Virus record (IMG/VR): IMGVR_UViG_3300013006_001433
Coordinates: 1-64,000 of that record
Length of the DNA stretch: 64,000 nucleotides
Source of the DNA: a virus
Strand: one strand, 5' to 3'
The notes under the pieces are model-generated. The model ran no database searches. It worked only from the letters and a program-made list of their open reading frames with translations, and had not been told where the DNA came from. This document shows positions 47,250-56,690 of the stretch, piece by piece (within the stretch, counting starts at the first letter, position 1; each line of letters begins with the position of its first letter). A program made the translations under genes and the position numbers.

Positions 47250-48107
47250 TTATAATCCAGAAAGTGCAGATATCAGAGTATTCACTCTAGCTTTCAACAA
47301 AGTCATATCCAAGTATTCTCCTATAGAATAAAAAGCTATTCTTGCTGGTACACATTCGCTAAGGCTATTATTTAGATTGGCCCGACCAAAAACTAAATAA
47401 TTTGTTGTTGCATCTGGAGTTACACTTGCTACACTAGAAAATGTATAGCTTGATGATGCTGGAGAAGTAGTAAGTGGATAATACAGAGTATGTTGAGAAG
47501 TGCTATTTTTTGTAACACCATAGATACCTGCTACATGAGAAGAAGTTCCATAAGGAGTGAAAATTTGGCTTTGAGTGGTTCTAGCGCCCGCACCCATTCC
47601 CAATGCTCCAGAAGTAGCTTTAAAGAAAGCAATATGGGAAAGAGAAGTTGTTGGTGATCTTGCCCCAATAAGATAATAATAAGTAGCATTTAGCGGAATA
47701 GTATTACTATGATGATATACTGATAAATGAAAATTATTTTGAGGATCTGCATTATGGGCTCTATTACTATTTAAATACTTAGTAGTACCATCACTTAAAA
47801 GACCAGTGCTTCTACTATAATCAGAAGATGTAAAAAAAAAGCTAGTTGGGGCAGTTCCTTTTAAGGGTACAAGAGCGCCATTTAAAGTTCTTGCGCCAGC
47901 AAGTATACAACAACTTTTTATAGCATCCCATATTCCATCGCTTTTGCATCCATCTATAAAATTATTAATAGCTGTTTTTACTGAAGACTCTAATGATTGA
48001 CCATCAGCAGCCTCAACAGCAGCAATATATGTTGATGCTTCTGTTACAACAGAAATAGAATCTGAACGGCTTATAATTCCAAAAGAAACTGATGGTAATA
48101 TTATCAT
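47250..48107 (-). CDS. Tail-associated hypothetical protein
   Basis: Overlaps the gpJ stop; YIAAVEAADGQSLE...GARTLNGALVPL. Confidence 0.55.
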   Translation of the reverse strand: MIILPSVSFGIISRSDSISVVTEASTYIAAVEAADGQSLESSVKTAINNFIDGCKSDGIWDAIKSCCILAGARTLNGALVPLKGTAPTSFFFTSSDYSRSTGLLSDGTTKYLNSNRAHNADPQNNFHLSVYHHSNTIPLNATYYYLIGARSPTTSLSHIAFFKATSGALGMGAGARTTQSQIFTPYGTSSHVAGIYGVTKNSTSQHTLYYPLTTSPASSSYTFSSVASVTPDATTNYLVFGRANLNNSLSECVPARIAFYSIGEYLDMTLLKARVNTLISALSGL

Positions 48108-51100
48108 GCAGCTGTATTTCCGTACATTAAATATCCATTATTTCCTGTATGGAGTAGTGAAATTCCAGCGTATTGTCCTGCTGTTTTGTATTGATTATTG
48201 TAACTATTAATTAATACTCCCACTCCAGAACCAGTAATTTGAATTTGTCCTGCTCCAATTTGAATTATTGTAGTGTTAAATCCTGTAATATTTCCACTTA
48301 CTATTGTACCTGTAATTAATATAGCCGAATTTGCGAATATCATTCTTGCATTTTGTGTTCCAGTAATATTAAAATTAGCAGAAACATTTAAAAGGTCTGG
48401 CACAGCATTTATTATTTTTCCATTTTTAAAATCTATTCCAGAAGCAAATACGCCACTTCCACTAACATTTAAATTTCCACTTATTGTTAGATTTCCACTT
48501 ATTCCTTGATCTCCAGTTATGTAAACTACAGAATTATTAAGTGCATTTGTTTGACTTTGTAATGAATTTCCTGTAGATATTAAATCACTAGCTAAAGCAA
48601 TTCCACTATTATTCAAAGTTAAATTTCCAGAAGGCATGAAGTTTATATTATTACCAGTTATCACTACATCTCTTAAAATTCCAAGATTAGTTTGTTGAGC
48701 TCCAATGATTAAATTATTATTATTATTCCAACCAAAAACACCATATTCTCCAGTATTCGTACCAGTTTTATTGAACACTCTTAAGTTTTGTGGATTAGTA
48801 CCACTAATAATATTTATTCCAGTTGTGAAGCTTTTTACTCCACCTATGTTTTGATTACCAGTAGTAAAGACCGTTCTTCCACTTAAATTTGTTACTGCTG
48901 ATTGTAAAGCAAATCCTGTTAGTATTAAATCTCCACTGACTTGATCTATTCCACTTTGCAAATAACCACTCATCGCTAGAATTTCTGAAGTATTGAAAAC
49001 ATTACTTAATGTGCCAGTTGCTGAAATTGGTCCATTAGTAGCCCAACTTAATGCTAAAATTTGATTTGTTAATTTTCTATTGAATCTTACTCTATCTAAA
49101 GACACTTGATTTCCTGGATTTGGAAATCTAAAAAATGGATCTTGATCTAAAAATGTATAATCTCTGTCATATCCAGTAAATGTTAACCATTCATTAATTA
49201 ATGTATCGTAAGGCTTTATGTTAACGTAACCACTTTTAATAGGATTTCCATTATTAGAAAAAGATGAATTAGTTGAAAATACATCATCTGTTCCCATGTA
49301 CATTTCTCTAACTTGAACTCCACTACTATATAATTCTGCTACCCAACTTTTAGTTTCGTCTGATAAAGCTTGATTTATGATTGAAGTGATATTCGCTTCT
49401 TGAAGCATGCTTTCTTTTGTTTCACTATAAAATACAAAACCGCCCTTAATATCAGGGTATAAAGCTTTTAGTCCTGGAGTAGATAAATTAAAATTATTAT
49501 CTGCAGTAATACCTACATTAATACTATAATCACCACCTACAGGAGGTTTAAGATCAAAAGATACATTATCATTTTGAAAATATCCCACTAAATAACCATC
49601 TGCATTTGTAAATCTATTAGAAGCTGGAGTTGATTGAGATGTCCATTTTCCTGCTGCGCCTGTTCGAGAATCTATAGCTATATAAAAACTGTTAATTGGT
49701 AAAGTAGCAAAAAAATTCAATCCACTATTGTTTGTATTATTTGGATATAGCGAATAACTTATATTCGCCCCATTGTTTTCAGCAAATCCAGTAAATGTAG
49801 ATGTATATATATTATTTTCAGAAAAAGTGCCAGTTATATAATCAATTCTAAATTCAAGATCTTTTGCTTTCCAAGTTTTTAATAAAGGATATAAATTATT
49901 AATTCTCCAAGCTAAATTTATTCCATAATCTCTAAACTTATTTGCAGTAAGTAAATTTGAATTTACACCACTTAAGCTATCAAGGGTTGTTGAATATTCA
50001 AAATTACTTAATGTAATAAAATTTGTAGCATCATTTAAATTTGCATTTAAAAAAGTTATAGGATTAGGGGATCCAGCAAGATAACCATTTGAAATATATC
50101 CATAACTATTTAATCCATAAGCTCTAAAATAATAATCTCCATTCACCGCATCTAGTCCAAAAGAAGAAGATGGATTTGTAACTACTATTGAGCCAATTTG
50201 AAAATCGTTTTTTGGAGCTTGTATTGAGTTTCCTTGATTGTTATAAAAAACAGTAGTAAGATCACCAGCATTAAAATCACTACCAGTCTTAGCAAAAATT
50301 TTCCAATAGGTCGTTTCTCTTGCTCCTGGTCCACTAGTTGGTTGAGTTTGAGCTCCAATTACTCCACTTATTCTTAATTGATTTGTATACGAAGTTAAGT
50401 TAAAAGAAGAGGGTGTTCCTGCATCAAGAATTGTTGTGCTTCCAGGATCTACTACTGGAGCTTCTGAAAGAGAAATTCCAGATTCAATTGATGAATATTT
50501 AGAAGGATTGTATTCAATTGCATTAATATTAAACTTATGAGATTCATTTTCTGTTATACTTATTACTTTAAATAATTCAGTTTCTGGAGTTAGATAAAAA
50601 TTACCTGCACTACCAGTTTGTTCAATAGTCCAAACGGTTCCAGTTGTTAAAGCGTAGTTAGTTGTGTCGAATAATTTATTACAAGTAAGTCTTGTTATTG
50701 CTCTGTCTGGAGTAGGGTTATATCCAGAAATTCCACTTATATTGTTTATAGAAAATAAGCCAGTTTGTATTTCGGATCTTTGATATCCAGTAAGAAAATC
50801 ATTAAAAGTTGTTCCAGTAGTTTTATGCGTAGGAGTTAAAATATTAAATTTATATTGCGGAGCAGAAACACCATTTAAATAACCAGTTAAATCTGAATAT
50901 GATTGATCTAGAATAAATTCGTGAGAAGATGGTGTGGTTTTAATTCCTAAAATTCTTCCACCTAATCGATCTACTGTTCTATTACTATCCTGAATTTTCA
51001 CTATATCTCCAGGATTTAAATATAAAGCATCATATCCTACTGTAAAATTAACTGTTTCTGTTTCATATTGCTCACTAGCTAACGCCCATTTTCCAATTCT

Positions 51101-53185
51101 ATAAGCTTGACCGCGACTCGTACATCCAAAAGCAGTAATTTCAATTTTTCTAACTCCATATTTTCTTAAACCTTCTGGATCTTCTGCGTATTCTATAGTT
51201 GGTTTTGCGAAATTAGACATATCATTCCATCTAACTACTGCAACAGTATTTCTTACTTTTCTACTGCTACTTGAATAAATAAATTCTCCATTTTCTACAC
51301 TACTATTAGTAAATAAAGTCGATGCCTCTTTTGGCATATCTGCTGTAGCGTATATTAATCCATTAGCATAATAAGATAACCCTCTAAAAATACTTGCAAA
51401 ATCATTTATCAAAGTAAATGCATCAGAGAAGTCGTTAATAACTGTATTACATGTAAATCTTGGTTCTAGTCCTCCAATACTATATCCATCTGAAACAAGA
51501 GTGTCGCAGTATCTCGCAATTTGATAAAGATTCCATTTGTCAACATCATAATTTTTAATATACTTTCCTAATCCATATCTACTATTCGTGAGTAAGTCGT
51601 AATAACACCAAGCTGGATTATCTGTCCAATATAAACCTACAGGTAAGGACTGATGAGAAACATCAGAAAATTGACCATCCCAATCTCCATTGTATGTTTT
51701 TCTAATTGGATCGTAATTACTTGGTATTTTTACTTTTAATAATCTAACATCATAAGCCCTTGGTGGAACTTGACTAAAGTATTCAGTAGTAAATAAACTT
51801 TTAAACATTGCAACTTTTGGATATATAAATTTTTCTGCAAAAATTTCAGTAATAGTTGCTACACTAGCAACATCTCTTAAATTTATAACTTTAGATTCTG
51901 CAGATGTTCTAGTAATCTCTACTCTCCAACCGAGAAAGGAAGATTCTTCTGTATTTATATTATAAAAAGAAGAAACATCAAAATCAAATCTATGTAAAAA
52001 TCCACTCGTTACTTTACCAGAACTAGAATCATCTCTATTTATAACTAAATTTTCAGAAAATCCAGATGAACTATTGTAACTTAATTTTTTAATTTTAAAA
52101 TTATAAGTGATTGTTCTATCTCGAATATCACCAATTGTTGTGGATTGTTTATAGCCTCCAGGATAATCAGCTCGATCTAAATTAGGATCATTTTGTTGGT
52201 CATATAAAGAGTCAATTTTAATTGCTACAATAATTTTATTTACATTTTTTGATCTTAAATCAATTACTTTCTTAAAATCCGATCCATATCTTAAAGGTTC
52301 ATTAATATTTAATGTTCGTGAAGCATAAGGTAAGGAATCATAGGTATTTGTAGGCGTTAAACTACCCAAATTACTTTGCAAAAAATTGGCAGTTGTTTGA
52401 GTTCCATAATCTGCTCTAAAATTAATAGATGTATAATTAAAATTTCCTGCATCATCAATTAATGGAACTTGCTTCCAATAAACTGATCTTAATTGTGGAT
52501 TGCTTCCAGCGTAAGAAGCAAAATTCGCGGTTGTCCATCCTACATTTCCAAGCGTACCATTATAACTATAACTACCAGACACTAAACCTTCGATTGGTCC
52601 TTCGCAAACTAAATCTGAAACTTCTGTTTCTGTTCTTGAAAGTTTTTTTGCTCCCTCTACAACAACACCTTCTTCAGCTTCTACTGGAGTGTGAGGTGGA
52701 GGCGGAGGCGGAGGAGGCGGTGGTGGTGGAGGTGATCTTCCTCCTTTGTTATGCACAAATATATCTTCTGCAATATAAGTATTATATTTTTCTACAGTAA
52801 AATTATAAACAGTAGAATCATTATTGATAATTTCTATATGATCTATTTTTATTCTTTCACCAAATCTATCTACAATCAAATCATCTGTAGTAAAATTTGC
52901 AATTTCAATAAATTCATTATTTTGATTTAAAAAAGGATGGTTTGGAGTAGTTCGAATTTTTTTATCTTTAAAAAATACATCAATAACTTTTTCATTATTA
53001 TGTATGAAAACATTTTCAACTGTACTAATTTTTATAGATAAATCTTTATCAAAACAAAATACTGAATCTCCAATTTTAATATCTTCAATATTTTTATATC
53101 CAAAAGGTGTATATATTTTTGTTCCAGCGACAAAACATCCTGCGCCTTTAATTAATTCATTAGGTAAAATATATTTTTTACTCAT
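48104..53185 (-). CDS. Tail tip / central fibre protein (lambda gpJ-like) with N-terminal Hint domain and fibre-like C-terminus
   Basis: HTPVEA, EGPIEGLV, VKIPSNYDP, WTDNPAWCYYDLLTNSRYGLG, EPRFTCN, AFGCTSRGQAYRIGKW, PGDIVKIQD. Confidence 0.9.
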   Translation of the reverse strand: MSKKYILPNELIKGAGCFVAGTKIYTPFGYKNIEDIKIGDSVFCFDKDLSIKISTVENVFIHNNEKVIDVFFKDKKIRTTPNHPFLNQNNEFIEIANFTTDDLIVDRFGERIKIDHIEIINNDSTVYNFTVEKYNTYIAEDIFVHNKGGRSPPPPPPPPPPPPPHTPVEAEEGVVVEGAKKLSRTETEVSDLVCEGPIEGLVSGSYSYNGTLGNVGWTTANFASYAGSNPQLRSVYWKQVPLIDDAGNFNYTSINFRADYGTQTTANFLQSNLGSLTPTNTYDSLPYASRTLNINEPLRYGSDFKKVIDLRSKNVNKIIVAIKIDSLYDQQNDPNLDRADYPGGYKQSTTIGDIRDRTITYNFKIKKLSYNSSSGFSENLVINRDDSSSGKVTSGFLHRFDFDVSSFYNINTEESSFLGWRVEITRTSAESKVINLRDVASVATITEIFAEKFIYPKVAMFKSLFTTEYFSQVPPRAYDVRLLKVKIPSNYDPIRKTYNGDWDGQFSDVSHQSLPVGLYWTDNPAWCYYDLLTNSRYGLGKYIKNYDVDKWNLYQIARYCDTLVSDGYSIGGLEPRFTCNTVINDFSDAFTLINDFASIFRGLSYYANGLIYATADMPKEASTLFTNSSVENGEFIYSSSSRKVRNTVAVVRWNDMSNFAKPTIEYAEDPEGLRKYGVRKIEITAFGCTSRGQAYRIGKWALASEQYETETVNFTVGYDALYLNPGDIVKIQDSNRTVDRLGGRILGIKTTPSSHEFILDQSYSDLTGYLNGVSAPQYKFNILTPTHKTTGTTFNDFLTGYQRSEIQTGLFSINNISGISGYNPTPDRAITRLTCNKLFDTTNYALTTGTVWTIEQTGSAGNFYLTPETELFKVISITENESHKFNINAIEYNPSKYSSIESGISLSEAPVVDPGSTTILDAGTPSSFNLTSYTNQLRISGVIGAQTQPTSGPGARETTYWKIFAKTGSDFNAGDLTTVFYNNQGNSIQAPKNDFQIGSIVVTNPSSSFGLDAVNGDYYFRAYGLNSYGYISNGYLAGSPNPITFLNANLNDATNFITLSNFEYSTTLDSLSGVNSNLLTANKFRDYGINLAWRINNLYPLLKTWKAKDLEFRIDYITGTFSENNIYTSTFTGFAENNGANISYSLYPNNTNNSGLNFFATLPINSFYIAIDSRTGAAGKWTSQSTPASNRFTNADGYLVGYFQNDNVSFDLKPPVGGDYSINVGITADNNFNLSTPGLKALYPDIKGGFVFYSETKESMLQEANITSIINQALSDETKSWVAELYSSGVQVREMYMGTDDVFSTNSSFSNNGNPIKSGYVNIKPYDTLINEWLTFTGYDRDYTFLDQDPFFRFPNPGNQVSLDRVRFNRKLTNQILALSWATNGPISATGTLSNVFNTSEILAMSGYLQSGIDQVSGDLILTGFALQSAVTNLSGRTVFTTGNQNIGGVKSFTTGINIISGTNPQNLRVFNKTGTNTGEYGVFGWNNNNNLIIGAQQTNLGILRDVVITGNNINFMPSGNLTLNNSGIALASDLISTGNSLQSQTNALNNSVVYITGDQGISGNLTISGNLNVSGSGVFASGIDFKNGKIINAVPDLLNVSANFNITGTQNARMIFANSAILITGTIVSGNITGFNTTIIQIGAGQIQITGSGVGVLINSYNNQYKTAGQYAGISLLHTGNNGYLMYGNTAA
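52694..52732 (-). repeat. Poly-proline tract (13 Pro)
   Basis: Mixed CCT/CCA/CCG codons just after the Hint domain. Confidence 0.95.
52748..53137 (-). other. Hint / bacterial intein-like domain (130 aa) inside gpJ
   Basis: CFVAGTKI block A, TTPNHPF block B, VYNFTVE...TYIAEDIFVHN blocks F/G; +1 residue is Lys. Confidence 0.88.
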
Positions 53186-53188
53186 ATA

Positions 53189-53881
53189 TTATGTTGTACG
53201 TTGATCTGAAGATGATGGAACATAATTATTATTATAAGAGGCAGATATAGTTTTTGATCCAATTAATAATCTTCCGTATCCTATTGGAATTGGTCCACCC
53301 TCTCCAGCTGTATTAGATGGTCCATCAAAAAGATAAGATTTTCCACCACCACCTTTTGGGCTGGCTACGTCTGGTGCAGAAAATTCTGGAGCAAGATAAG
53401 GAGGCGGAGAAGATAATAAAGAAGCAAATCCTGCTGCTGCAAGACCAATACCTCCTATAATTAAACCTATTCCCAGAGGAGCAGCGGCACCAGTAGCAAT
53501 TAAAACGACTCCTACAACTATCAGAGCAATACCAAATATTGCTCCGAAAAGACCTCCACCACCTCCAGCGCCTTCAATTATGGGTATTATATCTATGCTT
53601 TTTAATTCATCATCTTCAAATTTAGTCATTAAATTTGAATTAAAGACCCTATCAAAATCGTCTCTAATTTCTTCTTCATTCTTAAAACATTTAAAATCTC
53701 TTTTATTAACTAGAACTCTATATTTTATATTTTCTTTATCTAATTCTTTTAAATTTTTATAAAAAATTTGAGTATTTGCTTCAATAGCTCTTATTGCTTC
53801 TGAAACACTATTAACACTAAGTGACCAATTATTTTTTTTAATTTTTTCTCCAATTATACCATGTAGTTGTATGTTTACCAT
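53189..53881 (-). CDS. Tail assembly protein I (ubiquitin-like N-domain)
   Basis: IQLHG...SVSEAIRAI...IDIIPIIEGAGG, TM-like Gly-rich segment, SYLFDGPSNT..EGGPIPIGYGRLLIGS. Confidence 0.88.
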   Translation of the reverse strand: MVNIQLHGIIGEKIKKNNWSLSVNSVSEAIRAIEANTQIFYKNLKELDKENIKYRVLVNKRDFKCFKNEEEIRDDFDRVFNSNLMTKFEDDELKSIDIIPIIEGAGGGGGLFGAIFGIALIVVGVVLIATGAAAPLGIGLIIGGIGLAAAGFASLLSSPPPYLAPEFSAPDVASPKGGGGKSYLFDGPSNTAGEGGPIPIGYGRLLIGSKTISASYNNNYVPSSSDQRTT

Positions 53882-53898
53882 ATAATATATTCCATTTA

Positions 53899-55014
53899 TT
53901 ATACTGATTTTACTGTAGATGGGAATCCTCCAAATGGAATTCCATCTGCATGTGAACTGGTATATCTTTTTCTACATCCGCTTAATCTTTTTGTACATAG
54001 ATCTTGATACCAGTAATTTTTATCTGTTGGTGGATAAATTGCACTGTTTAGACTATTTATTTTTGCAACAAAATAATATTTGCACCCATTGATATTTATA
54101 AAACAAAATTGCCCTTTATTGTATACTCCAGGACTAGCAGAATTCCATTCTTGTGGAGATCCAGGAGTAATAGCTACTCCTAATAATGTACTAATTATTT
54201 CATCTTTATCCGTAGCAACTGGGTATCCATTAGCTGGATTTTGAGAATTATAAACGTTATTTCCGTATTCACAACCACTTCCTCTATATTCAAAACTACA
54301 AGATTCAGAATATATAGTTCTTAATGGTAATTTAATATTTTCTAAATCTAAAGCTGAACTCATTTCGTATTCAATAAGATTTTTAGATTCTCTTAATTTT
54401 CTGTCTATATAAAAAATATCTGAAGGTAATTCCGCTAAAGAATCTGGATCAATCGCAAGATTATCATCATTTATAATTCCTCCATTGCTTTTAAAATTAA
54501 TTGCGTCTAAATATCTCAAAAATGTTCTTCGCCTCGTTACTTTTAAACCGATAATATCTCCCACAGATTTAATTGCATTTTTTATTGTTCTAAAGAAATA
54601 GTCATATTGACTAATATTATTTTGATTTGAAAAAGTTATTTTAGGTTTTGGTAAAGTTCCTTTAGTTGCGGTTTCGTATCCTTCTACCATAATTGGGAAT
54701 GGCAAGTATCTTTTTCCTTTCCAAATTAGTTGACCAACTAATTGACCATTTAATAAACTTGAACTATAAGATTCTAAATTAATATCTAAATTATGAAATC
54801 TCAATATCCCATTGTCATCTAAATTTACTAAACCTAAATATGGATTTGGTATAGAAGCAGCGTAACTTAAATTATATAAATTTAAATCATTTTTTGCTTG
54901 AGCGATTTCTCTTAGATCCAATTCATAAAAATTAATTAAATTTGTAGGATTTAATTTTGATCTTTCTGTAAAGATTTTTTTAGTTCCAGCTTGTTGGTTT
55001 ACATTTATACTCAT
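53899..55014 (-). CDS. Minor tail protein L
   Basis: PFPIMVEGYE, LPKPKITFSN, VTRRRTFLRYLDA, CSFEYRGSGC...DLCTKRLSGC, PFGGFP. Confidence 0.9.
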   Translation of the reverse strand: MSINVNQQAGTKKIFTERSKLNPTNLINFYELDLREIAQAKNDLNLYNLSYAASIPNPYLGLVNLDDNGILRFHNLDINLESYSSSLLNGQLVGQLIWKGKRYLPFPIMVEGYETATKGTLPKPKITFSNQNNISQYDYFFRTIKNAIKSVGDIIGLKVTRRRTFLRYLDAINFKSNGGIINDDNLAIDPDSLAELPSDIFYIDRKLRESKNLIEYEMSSALDLENIKLPLRTIYSESCSFEYRGSGCEYGNNVYNSQNPANGYPVATDKDEIISTLLGVAITPGSPQEWNSASPGVYNKGQFCFININGCKYYFVAKINSLNSAIYPPTDKNYWYQDLCTKRLSGCRKRYTSSHADGIPFGGFPSTVKSV

Positions 55015-55015
55015 A

Positions 55016-55585
55016 TTATATATTTGAAGTCTCTACAAAAGTAACAGATATATTATAATTATTAAAAAATACATATCTTATAGACCAATCTTCACAAATA
55101 AATCTTTTTGGAAAATTTTGCGAAGTACTGTCAAAATTATATGGAAATGGTGCATCAAAGAAAAAATGTTGAGCCCCTCTTCTTTTACTTACAAAATGAG
55201 TTATTGCTCTTGTTTCTTGTTTATCTCTACCTTCAAATGTTAAGTTTAATTTTAGTAAAGTATTATTAATACCGTCTTCGGTTCTTTGTTCATAACCATC
55301 ACCAAATTTTACAAGATTCATTGCTGGTTTAGATTGAATTTCTGAAGCATAATTTGATACCCAAATGAATTCTGGAGCTGAAACTCCAGCAGCAAAAGCG
55401 CTACTATAAGACCTATATCCTCCCCAATATGAATTAGCGGCCGAAGTAGGGGTATTACCAATATTATTATTAACTAGACTATAATAATATTGTCCATTTG
55501 ATGATGGGTGATATACAATATCATTCTTACTGTAAGTAGTAGAATTACCATAAACGCTTACGTCATATATCGAAGATTCTGCCAT
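55016..55585 (-). CDS. Minor tail protein M (distal tail) with N-terminal extension
   Basis: VKFGDGYEQRTEDGINN, FICEDW, ISVTFVE. Confidence 0.85.
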   Translation of the reverse strand: MAESSIYDVSVYGNSTTYSKNDIVYHPSSNGQYYYSLVNNNIGNTPTSAANSYWGGYRSYSSAFAAGVSAPEFIWVSNYASEIQSKPAMNLVKFGDGYEQRTEDGINNTLLKLNLTFEGRDKQETRAITHFVSKRRGAQHFFFDAPFPYNFDSTSQNFPKRFICEDWSIRYVFFNNYNISVTFVETSNI

Positions 55586-55606
55586 TTCCTTATACCTTTC
55601 CTATTG

Positions 55607-55629
55607 ATTACACTTATTAATAGTGTAAT
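55607..55629. promoter_or_regulatory. Back-to-back GTGTAA late-type promoters (near palindrome)
   Basis: ATTACAC-TTATTAATA-GTGTAAT between divergent tail genes. Confidence 0.65.
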
Positions 55630-55637
55630 TATAGCTA

Positions 55638-56690
55638 ATGTTAGCTAGAATTTCCAAACAAAATCAACATTTATATATCAATAATACTGGCATTGTTGGA
55701 ATCCAGAATTTTAATGCAAATTACGCCAGCCCAATAGAAATAGTTAAATCTCTTGGCATGGAGTCAGTAACATATCATAATAATAGTAATGTAACAGCCG
55801 AAATTACTATAAATAAACTACTTATAGACAATGATCCATTTATTAATTTTATTGATTATGATAATACGTTTTCTGGTCATGTTGATTATAAAAGTAGATA
55901 TTTTGCATTTAATTCTGGTGTTTTAACTAATTATAGACTTGGATGTTCGATTGGGGAAATTCCCCAATTAAGCGTCACAATTAATACATTGGGAGAATTT
56001 GGTAGTGGAGTCGCTAAACCAAACACGACATCTCTTCAACAACCAGAAATTGATATAACAGACTATTCGAATATAGAGATTGATTTGGATGATTTTCAAT
56101 TTAATAGACTTCAATCTTTTAATTTAAATATAACTTCAAATAAAAATATTATATATGCGATAGGCAATTCATATCCAGTTGATATTAAAATCATCCCTCC
56201 AATTATCGTTGAATTGGAATTTGGAATCAAACCAGACGATTATAATTTGAAAAACATAAGAGATTTATTATGTAAATATAAAGTAGACTCTTTTAGTATT
56301 AGATTTAATAAATTCAAAGATCCTTCTCAAGAATTATTTAGATTCACATTTAATGAAGCTTTATTCATGGGAGAAACTTTTGGTGGATCTGCGGATAGTT
56401 CTTCGGATGTTATTATAAGGTATCATGCATTTTTATATGATCAGAGAAATATAACTTTATCTACTCCGTTAAATATTGGTGATACTGATGATCTTAATCC
56501 ATCTCCAGAGTCAGAAATAACTACCTCTTCAGCTTTAGCAATTGGTGATACGAATGACCTCAATCCATCCCCAGAGTCAGAAATAACAACTTCTTCAAAT
56601 TTACCAATTGGAGATGCTAATCTTTATGTACCTTTGCCAGAAGATTCAATCACAACATCTAATATAATTCCTTCTGACGCAAAAGATTAA
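55638..56690 (+). CDS. Putative tail structural protein (tube-like duplicated domain) with C-terminal repeats
   Basis: Shares motifs with 57531..58373 and 58374..59186; late-type promoter. Confidence 0.55.
   Translation: MLARISKQNQHLYINNTGIVGIQNFNANYASPIEIVKSLGMESVTYHNNSNVTAEITINKLLIDNDPFINFIDYDNTFSGHVDYKSRYFAFNSGVLTNYRLGCSIGEIPQLSVTINTLGEFGSGVAKPNTTSLQQPEIDITDYSNIEIDLDDFQFNRLQSFNLNITSNKNIIYAIGNSYPVDIKIIPPIIVELEFGIKPDDYNLKNIRDLLCKYKVDSFSIRFNKFKDPSQELFRFTFNEALFMGETFGGSADSSSDVIIRYHAFLYDQRNITLSTPLNIGDTDDLNPSPESEITTSSALAIGDTNDLNPSPESEITTSSNLPIGDANLYVPLPEDSITTSNIIPSDAKD
56451..56660 (+). repeat. Three ~66 bp (22 aa) tandem repeats
   Basis: ITxSxxLxIGDTxDLNPSPESE twice plus a degenerate third copy. 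Confidence 0.85.

Noticed and set aside
52748-53137. Canonical mobile intein
   Set aside because: No homing endonuclease and the +1 residue is Lys rather than Cys/Ser/Thr; treated as a BIL-type Hint domain
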